64,000 nucleotides of DNA from Eledone cirrhosa (lineage: Eukaryota): positions 33,666,001 through 33,730,000 of the forward strand of contig OZ024744.1 of the NCBI GenBank assembly GCA_964016885.1. The letters are read 5' to 3'. The position numbers and the translations under genes were made by a program. Of the stretch, positions 24,786 to 36,400 are shown in pieces (positions within the stretch are counted from its first letter, which is position 1; every line of letters begins with the position of its first letter). The notes beneath the pieces are model-generated. The model was given only the letters and a program-made list of their open reading frames with translations, was not told the origin of the DNA and made no database searches.

Positions 24786-27700
24786 TTCTTTATTGGCCAC
24801 AAGGGCTGACATCAAGAAAAACATAACAGACGGAACAGGACGGTACAATGTGGGTTTTGTGCGTGTAAATATTTTTATTATTTATATAAGAAAAGAAACA
24901 AGACAAAACATATATATATATATAAACAATAAAAAGAAAATTGAAACAATAAAAAATTCCCCAATAGGGGAGAAACCTCCGAGGGTTACTCGTGGCGAAA
25001 ACCACACAAAAGACCACGGCCACCCTGACCACCAGGGCAAGCGCCCTCTCTCAATGTTTCCATCTCTCAAACTACAGACGTATATTCAGAGTGGTCCCGT
25101 TCACTCGGACCATTCTCGCTACATTCACCCACCTTTCAACAAACTTGCTAGAAAGCAGCATTTGCCTCTCCACCCTGATTTTCCTCTTCAAGTGAAACTT
25201 GAAAAAGTTAATTAGGGATTCGCCGAAGAGGAAAGTGTTTGTCTTTAATCCTTTTAACCTTGTCCACCACACAATCTCTTTCGCCATGGCCACCAGGCAG
25301 ATGAAAACCGCCTGCCATTCCTCCTCAAAGGAAGACGGCGAGACCATCTGCACAATGGACTCAGTTGACAACCGGATCAGTCCCACACGTGACAGCAACT
25401 GTTCGACATAGCTCCACAAGTCAGCAATGCTCGGGCACTGAACGAGTGCGTGCACAACGGTTTCATCGCTATGCGCGCATCTCGGACAGGCTCGGCTGAC
25501 GGCACTTTCGTACCTGTAGAGCTTATCTCGAACCGGCAGCGCTCCCCGGTAGCACTGCGAGGCCAGGGATTTTTGGAAGTTATCCATAGGCCCCGGGTTG
25601 AAAGTTCTCCGGAAGAGAGCAAGCAGCTGATCTTCTTCGACGCCCAGGATCTCTCCGAGAACGTCGTCGCTCTTCCCCTCCACTAGTCCTCTATAGAACT
25701 CCGAGGTGGATGTTCCACCGATACTGGTGCCCAACTGGGAGAGGGCAGTGAGCGCCTGGAGACATTCCAGTTTCCTCGGTCTTTTTCTGACCCAGGACTG
25801 CAGCTCCGTCAAGGAGACGAGCTGTGGGAAAACGTGACTGGCGAACGGCGACCACACCCGTTCACCATCAACGAAGCACCAGAGATGTCGCAGCCTCAGC
25901 GCATGTTTGCGCATCATCAGCCATGGCATGCCCAGTCCTCCACGCAACGGGTGTTGACAGCAGATGGATCGTCTGACCATGGGAGCGCGTCCCTTCCACA
26001 AAAAGCGGAAGAAGAGGCGCTCCATTTTGGTGAGAGTTGGGCTGGAGCAAGGGACGACGGTGAGGCGGTAGCAGATGACGGATGCGACGTACGCATTCGC
26101 CACCTCCGCCCGGCCTTTCAGGGACAGCCTCCTCTCAGCCCATTTCTGGGTGAGGGAGGCCACCCTGCTCGTCACCTCGTTCCAGTTTTTCTCCATCTGG
26201 AGGTCCGGTCCGCACCAGACCCCGAGCAATTTAACCGGTCCGTCCGCCCAACGCCCCGCGACGCTGTCGGACGGCATGGACTTGCCTCTCCAGGTGCCTA
26301 GCTGCAAGCCCACCGACTTTTCCTGGTTTATCTTTGCTCCTGTCACCGTTTCGTATTCCTTGAGAGCGGTGCCGAGCATCTGGACATGTCTGGTGCTCGA
26401 CACCACCACGGTGACGTCGTCAGCGTAAGCCGACTCGGATTTCCCGCATCCTAGTTCGCGTGGGACGCCCCTCATCGCCCCCAGTTTGTGCAGTAACGGC
26501 TCGAAAGCCAATACGTACAAGAGGGACGATAGGGGACAACCCTGGCGGACTGAGTGCATGATGCTGAACGGCTGCGACAGGTTACCGTTCACCCTCACAA
26601 CTGAGCAGATGTCGCTGTACATTGCCTGAAAACGGGCCCGAAACCGGCTGCCTCGAGGACCGCCGCCAGGTACCGATGGTCGACCCTATCGAATGCTTTG
26701 GATTGATCCAAGTTGATCAGGGCCCCACCCGTGCCAGGTTCCTTAACCACCCTCTCTATGATGTATCGCATGAGGTGGAGGTTGTCGTGTATGGATCTGT
26801 CCGGAATGGCGCATGTCTGCGCCTCTCCCACCCGACCCTTGACGACAAGCGCCAACCTCGTTGCTAACACCTTGGCCAAAATCTTGAACTCTGCGTTTAG
26901 CAGAATTATGGGCCTGAAATTATCAATAACATCCCCCTTGTTCGGGTCTTTTCTCAGCAGCGCCACTGCTCCCCAGCTCACAAAACTGGGAATGCTCCCG
27001 TTCTGCTGCCAGTTGCAGTAGACGTCTGCCAAGAGGTCACCGAACAAGTCTGGCATAAATGCATAAAGCTCGTAGGGCAGACCATCTAAACCTGGTGATT
27101 TACCTCTTGTGCAGTTAGCCATCGCTTCCCGTATTTCACCGGCTGTTATTGGCTTTTCGCAACACTGTGCTGCGGTCGTCGAGAGCCGAGGCAGTCCGTC
27201 GAGGTATGCACTGAAGTCCATGTCCCGATGCGGGCCGCCGCCGCTCCCGAACAGTTCAGCAAAGTGCTGTTGAAAAGCTTCACACATCCGCTCGGGCTCG
27301 AGCATCACGCACCCGTTTTTGTCAGACAAAGACCAAATTGTGGCTTTATTGCCATGTCGCGCCTCTGCCACCCGGGCCCATTGGACGGCTTTTGTCCCCT
27401 CGTGTTTCAGAGCACGCGCTCTAGCTCTGACAACGCAGCCTTCATGCTTTGCGTGGAAGAATTGGTCGAGTGCCAATCTCGCCGCAAGCAGTCGGTTGCG
27501 ATGCCTGTCCTAAACGCTTCTAAACGCTTTCTAACTAACTCTCTCTCTACTCTATTTTCCTCTATCACTACTCCTTTGCTAAACTTTATCGATTCTACTC
27601 TTTTCAGGGTAAACCCCACCTGTTGTCGATGGTCGCACCCGTCAACACACGCCTAACTAATTCGGTAATCCGGTCTCTGTAAGCTTTGTACGCCGGGAAC

Positions 27701-30472
27701 GACGCGCTCAGCTTCCAGTAACCAGGCCCTTGCCTATTGATTTATCTACGTCAACTTCACAGATCACAAATTTGTGGTCCATGTAGTCGACTACGTTAAA
27801 TTGTGGACAACTTACACTAGCATTATCTGTTTCCCTACAGAATACCCTATCTAAATACGATCTGGATAACCCGATGTGGTTTGCCCATGTCCACATTGGC
27901 ACATTCGGATAATCCAGTCTATACCTGTCAGACAGTTGAAAACGTCTCCAGCGTGCATCTAAGATACCGTTCCAGTCGCCCACTAACACTAAAGTGCGGG
28001 ACGTTCCAAGAAAGGTCTCTAGACGTCTGAAGAAATCAGGTCGGCCTGCCCCTGTTGGGGAGTAGACGGCTACTAGCCTGAAAGCATTGCCTTCGCTGCT
28101 GGTCATGTCCAGCACCACCGACTTACCCTCTGGGTCCAGGAAGATGGCCCGTATGGCGACATCCAAGCCTCTCGGAAAAAGCACGACAACCCTCCCCCTA
28201 TCCTGGACGGCTTGGAGATGCGTATATATCGTAGCCGCCGAAGATCGGTGCGAAGGCTCGTGCTTCAAAGATTCTGGTCTCGATGATGGCCACCACATCT
28301 ATGTTTAATGACCTGAGGTCTTTGAGCAGGTGACCGTGCTTCCAAGATGACTCCAGGCCACGTACATTTATACTGCCTATTCTAAGTACGGCCATGTTGG
28401 ATGAGAAACGGGGTAAGTGAGAAAGGATCACATACCTTAATCGTGTGGGGAAGGGACAGTAGAACCGTATCTCTGGCTGGTCATGGGTGTTTCCAAGAGG
28501 ATGTCAGTGTATATCCTCTGAAGTCTCCAACTGCGTTGGGGAATTTTTGCTTTAAAAGTTTGTAATGTTCTATTTTGATTTCAATGATGTTTGTTTGTCG
28601 GGAGAGTTCTTGGTGTTGGTGGAGTGTAGTAGTTTTTTTCTGTGATGTCTGTGTGCTGCTTTATATATTGTATGAGTTCTTTATTTGCCATGTTTATGGC
28701 TGTGTACTTTTGGGGAGGAGGGGGGATTTTGTTGCTGTTGGGTGTGTGTTTTGTTGTGTTTGCGTTGTTGGTGTTTTTGGTGATGCTGGTGGTGATCTGG
28801 TTGTTGTTGGTGGCGATGCTTGTGGTGGTGATGGTGATGGTGGTGGTGTTGCTGCAAGTATCCTTGCAGCTTTTACCCCTCTTTTTTGGCCTTCGCTTTT
28901 GGAGGGTGAAGCTAAGGGGTTTTTCCTTTTTTGTTTTTGTGGCAAACCGTTTGCTACTTCCCTCCCTCCTCATACTCCATGTCGGATTCCGTGGCGTCTG
29001 GGAGGGGCATGAGCTCCACTGATGTTGGTGGTGGTAGTGGAGCCCGCTCTGTCGATTTTGCCGCCGGTGTAGCTACTGCGACTGTTGGTGTTGCCGCCAC
29101 TGCTGCCGCTGCTTTAGTTGCCCGTGACCTTGGTATGGGTGCCACGGACTTTGCCCTCCTGCTCACCATGGAAGGGTCTTCTGCCTCTGTTGCCTGCCCT
29201 GCTCTTGGTAGCAGCGGATCAGGCATATGAAGGAGGGGGGGACTCTACTTGGCTGTCTTCTGCCCACAGAGATAGCACTTTGGGCGCCTTCCTTCCACGC
29301 TTATAGGGAGTTGGAGTCCTTCTTCGAGGTCTATGAGGTCAGGGATGGCCTTGATGCTCTCCTGGTCAGTCTGTATTAGCATTTGCTGGCCTATACCTGA
29401 CCAGTTCTCTCTTCCCATTCTCTGTATTTGCAGTATGGTGGTCTTCTCCTCGATTCCAGCCAGTACAGACGCGGCCAGCCAAGGTATGGGCACGTCGGAC
29501 GGGACCTGGGTCACTTTGACCCTCACAATTCTCTATCCGCAGTAGGAGGGCACCAAGACTATCTCCTCACTCTTTAGGGTTTCCAAAGAGTGAGACTTCG
29601 CCTCTTGGGGGCTGGCGAAAAGTACGTCTACTTTGGCGTACTTTTTGCCTCGGGTGATGTGGGTTTTTCGCGCCCTGGCGCGCCCCAAGGCCTTTTGGAT
29701 TTGAGCCTCCGTGGCTCTCTCCACCCGATGAGATATTTTGCTTACGGTGCGGTATGTCACCGTGCGTAGCTGTGGTCTTTGGAGAAATCGAGTGGAGGTT
29801 TCAGGGAACCTCTATTGTCGTTTCTCGACACCATGGCCCATGCCACTGCCATCTCCTCCTCCGTGACTAGCACTGTCTCTATATTTTGGGCTACACCTGC
29901 GAAAGAAGTGGCCCCTGTTTCAGCGGCACCATTATTGCTGCTGTTACTGGTCTTGTTGTTGGTGCTGTTGCTGTTGCTACTGCTACAAACGGTGTTGTTG
30001 GTGTTGTTGCTGTTATCACTTTTGTAGTTGGTTGTGTTTTTGGTGCCACCGTTGTTGTTGTTTTCGGTGCAATTTGCAGTGTTGCTGTTGCTGTTGTTGT
30101 TGTTTATTTATTGTTAGTGGTGTTAATATCGTGTTTGTGTTGTTGTCTTTGTTCACGTTGTTTGTTGTGGTGTTTTTTGTATGAGTTTCTGTAACCCTCT
30201 TATCAACCTTTACGCCGTTGTCACACGACAGCAGACATATTGTTGGGGGGGGGGGGGCTCAGCCATGTTTTATTTTTAATTTAAAAAAATAAAATGTTCA
30301 AATATTAATCAAATATTTGGGCCAAAAGACCCAAATATTATACTTTCCCCTTCACAGGGCAAAGTCCAAGGGCTTATATCCCTTACACAACAAGAAAAAT
30401 TAAGCTACAAATAATTATAACAGGTAAATAAAGCGACTTACTGGGAGCGAGCAAAAAGCGTCCGAAAAGATC
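24786..30472 (-). mobile_element. Second full-length L1/Tx1-clade element (diverged subfamily, more decayed)
   Basis: ORF2 fragments at 28395-25072 (IGSINVRGL, VGDWN, YADD, CPRC..ETVVHALVQC); ORF1 fragments with VERATEAQIQKALG and RRPKCYLCG; (AAT)n flanks. Confidence 0.92.
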
Positions 30473-30506
30473 AATAATAATAATAATAATAACAATAATA
30501 ATAATG

Positions 30507-30993
30507 CTTTCTTTATTAACCACAAGGGTTGACACAAAGTATAACATTAAGGACAACACAGGACAATACAAATGGGCATTTCTGCGTGTAAAAAAAACCC
30601 CCAAATAAACAGAGTGTGACAAAAGGAAACAATGAAAAAAGACCTCCGAGGGTTGCTCGTGGAGAAAGCCCACAAGAAAAGCCACGGTTACCCTGACCGC
30701 TAGGGCAAATACCCTCTTCCAGTTTTCCTCCTACAATGCTACAGGCACATGCTCAGGGTAGACCCATTTACACGGGCCATGCTTGCCAGTCTCACCCACC
30801 TTTCAACAAACTGGCTGGCACCACTTCCCTCTCCACCCTGATTTTCCTCTTCAGGTGAAACCTGAAAAAGTTAATTAGGGCGTCACCGAAAAGGAAAGTA
30901 CCCGTCTTCAACCCTTTCAGACGTGTCCACCATACAATCTCTTTTACTGTGGCCACCAGGCAGCAAATAAAAACTTCCTGCCCTTCTCGGCTA
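30507..30993 (-). mobile_element. 5'-truncated Tx1 3' fragment
   Basis: KEIVWWTRLKGLKT..FFRFHLKRKIRVER, with the same TTCTTTATTAACCACAAGGG terminus as the other copies. Confidence 0.88.
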
Positions 30994-31101
30994 AATATAT
31001 ACATATATGTACTGAAATATAAGTTAAGTGGAAATATCCAAGAGTAAGAGCTCTCAGTTCATAAGACGAGTTTAATATAAATAATTATAACAGTGACATA
31101 A

Positions 31102-31150
31102 ACAGGTACTCAGATTTCGTTGGGTTCTGGCCCCAACTCATTCAGCCTGT
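31102..31150 (-). ncRNA. Type-I hammerhead ribozyme with a CUGAAUGA core variant
   Basis: The - strand reads ACAGG-CTGAATGA-GTTGGG-GCCAGAA-CCCAAC-GAAA-TCTGAG-TA-CCTGT. Stems I and II are perfect and the cleavage triplet is GUA. A short palindrome (31134-31171) sits at its 5' side. Confidence 0.72.
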
Positions 31151-31174
31151 CATGATAGGCTGAATGAGTTGTAC

Positions 31175-31241
31175 TTATTTCGGCTTCTTCATGCTACAGG
31201 AAATATGATAAAAAGTATATAATATAAATGTTCACATTTTC

Positions 31242-31320
<79 letters not shown>

Positions 31321-31585
31321 TGGTGGTTTGGTGGTTTGGCTTGTTTCCCGTTACTGTCTGACTGACCAGTCGGCCAGTAACAGGGAGCAAGCCAACTTCT
31401 ATTTTAGCTGCTACTACCACCAAACCACCAAGGAGAAGAGAGGGAAAGTGATAAAGGAACATGTAAACATTTATACATATATATGTAAACTATGTTCTCT
31501 AATACCCTCCTCTAATTAATATACACCTTAAGTTTATTATATACTTTTTATCATATTTTCTGTACCATGAAGACGCCGAAATAAT
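31175..31585. repeat. Inverted repeat (~50-bp arms) around a ~300-bp spacer containing (CT)n
   Basis: TTATTTCGGC..ATATGATAAAAAGTATATAAT pairs with ATTATATACTTTTTATCATAT..GCCGAAATAA. Confidence 0.75.
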
Positions 31586-31859
31586 TATCGACTGAAACCG
31601 GTACGAAAAAAAATAACTTAAAAAAAATGTTTATTTGTTATTTTATGAGAAAATCCTATTAGCATTTTCTACATTTTTTTCTTAATTTCCTAATATATAT
31701 ATATATATCACTCACACACACCTTGGTCTTATGCCAAGACTATATATCATTTCACACCTTTTATTATTAAGGTTTTTGATGTTCTATTGAGAGAATCGTT
31801 TTTACTGAAAATATCGAATAATGTACACCATTTTTACCAGTATCACAAAAATACTGGTC

Positions 31860-31941
<82 letters not shown>

Positions 31942-31970
31942 TACACACGCGTACATTAACATACAAAGAG

Positions 31971-32010
<40 letters not shown>

Positions 32011-32645
32011 CTCCGTATAAGACAAGAGCTGAAAAATATATTTTAACATGTTAAAATATCCCCCACACACGTACAGACACATTCCTACTGACCGATCCCT
32101 CTACCACGAATTACTCTGCTACACACACACACACTTGTTTTAATAGGCATTTGAACTGTCAACAGGCTGCGGTTCGCACACACATCCCTGTTGACCATTA
32201 TCACAACAACGTACTACTACTACTACACACACACACATATTTGTCTTAAAAGACTTATTTTTCAGTGACTTCTCAATCAGCCGAGACAAACCTACATTTG
32301 GCGCAAAATCATTTTTTAACATTCACATGATCTCTACCGACCAATCAAAACTGTTTTGATCACAAGAATTTTTCATACATCTGGAGCCACTTTTTTTTAC
32401 ATAAAACAGGTAGAATTTCCCAAACTAATCAGATTAGAGCAAACATCACGGGCGCTCTATCTCAAAATTATTTTTGAAAAGCATTAGAAATGCGCAACCG
32501 GTAAAACTTAAAACCAAAACTGAATACTAACCAATACTATTACTAATTTTTACTTATTCCTAATTAAACTATTTTTCACTGGGAACAATTTGTCAGCATT
32601 TTCTTTTCCGTTTACCAATATATATATATATATATACAGATATAC

Positions 32646-32717
<72 letters not shown>

Positions 32718-32852
32718 GTTAAACAAGGTTCAATGAATAAATCAAAGAATGAGTTTTACAATAGATTGGAAGCACTCAAAAGGATTGGTTTTCCAGAGTT
32801 ATTAATATTACTTCAAAATATTAACAAAAATAGATATTCTTGTGATCAAGTA

Positions 32853-32919
32853 TATTTTATTATACATATTTCAGAGGTACTGAGTTAAGTTCAACAGTAC
32901 GTCCTCATCAGATAAAATA
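32853..32919 (-). ncRNA. Minimal type-I hammerhead ribozyme (mirror copy)
   Basis: Exact reverse complement of 33012-33078. Confidence 0.8.
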
Positions 32920-33011
32920 AGATGATGCATGACATACCCTGACATAGTAGATGGTTAAGATTTGACTGAATCTTAACCATCTACTATGTCAGGGTATGTC
33001 ATGCATCATCT

Positions 33012-33078
33012 TATTTTATCTGATGAGGACGTACTGTTGAACTTAACTCAGTACCTCTGAAATATGTATAATAAAATA
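33012..33078 (+). ncRNA. Minimal type-I hammerhead ribozyme
   Basis: Perfect 8-bp stem I TATTTTAT/ATAAAATA; CTGATGA; stem II GGACGTACTG/CAGTACCTCT; GAAA-T-ATGT-A-TA. Confidence 0.82.
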
Positions 33079-33117
33079 TACTTGATCACAAGAATATCTA
33101 TTTTGTTAATATTTGGA

Positions 33118-33153
<36 letters not shown>

Positions 33154-33489
33154 ATATATATATATATGTATATATATATATTAGTATAGTATTAGTGCTC
33201 TGCTCACCTCCTTTTCTCTCTCTCTCCCTCCCCCTCTCTCTCTCCTCTCTCTTTCTCTCTGTATATATATATATAGAGAGAGAGGGGGGAGCAGAGTTCA
33301 AAGTTTATCAAGTTGTTTTGCTTAAGTATCCCTTTACATTTTTCCACTTTAAAGTGCGACCAGGTTTTTTTCATCTGAAAAAGTTAAAAGCTCGGTGAAG
33401 CATTTTATGGGAGAAGACAGAAGGTGAGGTTGAGAGATTTGGAGGTGGTTTTGAGAAGTTTAGGGACAGTGAGGGCTGGGACAGAGACG

Positions 33490-36400
33490 TAGTGGTGATG
33501 GCGATAGTACTGGTAGTGGTGGTGGGGGTGGGGGTGTATGGTGGTGAGGGTGGGGGTGGGGGTAGTGGAAGTGGTAGTGGTGGTGAGGGTGGGGTGGTAG
33601 TGGGGGGTCGGGGTAGTGGAAGTGGTGGTGGTACTGGTAGTGGTGGTGGTGGTAGTGGTGGTCAGGGTGGGGGTGGTAGCGGTGGCGGTGGTGGTGGTAC
33701 TGGTAGTGGTGGTGATGGTACTGGTAGTCGTAGTGGTGATGGTACTGGTAGTGGTTGTGGTAGTTGTGGTACTGGTAGTGGTGGTAGTGGTTGGGGCAGT
33801 GGCGGTGGTAGTGGTGAGGGTGGTGGTGGATGTGATGGTGATGGTGGTAGTGATGGTAGTGGAAGTGGTGGTGGTGGAAGTGGTGATGGTGATGGTACTG
33901 GTAGTGGTGGTGGTGGTGGTGATGGTGATGGTACTGGTAGTGGTGGTAGTGATGGTGGTGGTGGTAGTGGTAGTGGTGGTAGTTGTGGTGGTGGTGGATG
34001 TGATAGTGGTAGTGGTAGTAGTGGAAGTGGCGGTGGTAGTAGTGGTGATGGTGATGGTACTGGTAGTGGTGGTAGTGGTGGTGGTGATGGTACTGGTAGT
34101 GGTGGTAGTGGTGGTGGTGGTGGTGGTAGTGGTGTTGTTGGTACTGGTAGTGGTGGTAGTGGTGGTGGTGGTGGTCGTCGTGGTGGTGGTAGTAGTGGTA
34201 GTGGTGATTGTACTGGCAGTGGTGGTAGGGTGGTGGTGATGGTACTGGTAGTGGTGGTAGTGGTGGTGGTAGTAGTGGTGAGGGGAGTGGAGGTAGTGGT
34301 GGTGGTGGTGTTGTTGGTGGTGGTAGTGATGGTGGTTGTGTTGGTAGTGATGGTGATGGTGATGGTAGTGATGGTAGTGATGGTGATGGTGATGGTAGTG
34401 ATGGTAGTGATGGTGGTTGTGTTGGTAGTGATGGTGATGGTGATGGTAGTGATGGTGGTTGTGTTGGTAGTGATGGTGGTTGTGTTGGTAGTGATGGTGA
34501 TGGTGATGGTGATGGTAGTGATGGTGGTTGTGTTGGTAGTGATGGTGATGGTGATGGTAGTGATGGTAGTGATGGTGGTTGTGTTGGTAGTGATGGTGAT
34601 GGTGATGGTAGTGATGGTGGTTGTGTTGGTAGTGATGGTGATGGTGATGGTGATGGTAGTGATGGTGGTTGTGTTGGTAGTGATGGTGATGGTGATGGTA
34701 GTGATGGTGGTTGTGTTGGTAGTGATGGTGATGGTGATGGTAGTGATGGTGGTTGTGTTGGTAGTGATGGTGATGGTGATGGTGATGGTAGTGATGGTGG
34801 TTGTGTTGGTAGTGATGGTGATGGTGATGGTAGTGATGGTGGTTGTGTTGGTAGTGATGGTGATGGTGATGGTAGTGATGGTGGTTGTGTTGGTAGTAAT
34901 GGTGATGGTGATGGTAGTGATGGTGGTTGTGTTGGTAGTGATGGTGATGGTGATGATGATGGTGATGGTAGTGATGGTGGTTGTGTTGGTAGTGATGGTG
35001 ATGGTGATGGTAGTGATGGTGGTTGTGTTGGTAGTGATGGTGATGGTGATGGTAGTGATGGTAGTGATGGTGGTTGTGTTGGTAGTGATGGTGATGGTGA
35101 TGGTAGTGATGGTGGTTGTGTTGGTAGTGATGGTGGTTGTGTTGGTAGTGATGGTGATGGTGATGGTGATGGTAGTGATGGTGGTTGTGTTGGTAGTGAT
35201 GGTGATGGTGATGGTAGTGATGGTGGTTGTGTTGGTAGTGATGGTGATGGTGATGGTAGTGATGGTGGTTGTGTTGGTAGTGATGGTGATGGTGATGGTA
35301 GTAGTGGTGGTTGTGTTGGTAGTGATGGTGATGGTGATGGTAGTAGTGGTGGTTGTGTTGGTAGTGATGGTGATGGTGATGGTGATGGTAGTGATGGTGG
35401 TTGTGTTGGTAGTGATGGTGGTTGTGTTGGTAGTGATGGTGATGGTGATGGTGATGGTAGTGATGGTGGTTGTGTTGGTAGTGATGGTGATGGTGATGGT
35501 AGTGATGGTGGTTGTGTTGGTAGTGATGGTGATGGTGATGGTGATGGTAGTGATGGTGGTTGTGTTGGTAGTGATGGTGATGGTGATGGTAGTGATGGTG
35601 GTTGTGTTGGTAGTGATGGTGATGGTGATGGTAGTGATGGTGGTTGTGTTGGTAGTAATGGTGATGGTGATGGTAGTGATGGTGGTTGTGTTGGTAGTGA
35701 TGGTGATGGTGATGATGATGGTGATGGTAGTGATGGTGGTTGTGTTGGTAGTGATGGTGATGGTGATGGTAGTGATGGTGGTTGTGTTGGTAGTGATGGT
35801 GATGGTGATGGTAGTGATGGTGGTTGTGTTGGTAGTGATGGTGATGGTGATGGTAGTAGTGGTGGTTGTGTTGGTAGTGATGGTGATGGTGATGGTGATG
35901 GTAGTGATGGTGGTTGTGTTGGTAGTGATGGTGATGGTGATGGTAGTAGTGGTGGTTGTGTTGGTAGTGATGGTGATGGTGATGGTGATGGTAGTGATGG
36001 TGGTTGTGTTGGTAGTGATGGTGATGGTGATGGTAGTGATGGTGGTTGTGTTGGTAGTGATGGTGATGGTGATGGTAGTGATGGTGGTTGTGTTGGTAGT
36101 GATGGTGATGGTGATGGTGATGGTAGTGATGGTGGTTGTGTTGGTAGTGATGGTGATGGTGATGGTAGTGATGGTGGTTGTGTTGGTAGTGATGGTGATG
36201 GTGATGGTAGTGATGGTGGTTGTGTTGGTAGTGATGGTGATGGTGATGGTGATGGTAGTGATGGTGGTTGTGTTGGTAGTGATGGTGATGGTGATGGTAG
36301 TGATGGTGGTTGTGTTGGTAGTGATGGTGATGGTGATGGTAGTAGTGGTGGTTGTGTTGGTAGTGATGGTGATGGTGATGGTGATGGTAGTGATGGTGGT

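Larger units (their letters stand above)
32714..33118 (-). mobile_element. Non-coding fold-back element (family A, copy 2): ~147-bp perfect arms and a 6-nt loop, in (TA)n
   Basis: Arms at 32816-32962 and 32969-33115, loop TGACTG; homologous to 4920-5335. Confidence 0.9.

Noticed and set aside
31555-31610. Hammerhead in the right arm and tail (CATGAAGA...GAAACCGGTA)
   Set aside because: The core is non-canonical and stems I and II are poor; it may be a decayed ribozyme but is not supportable as a feature.
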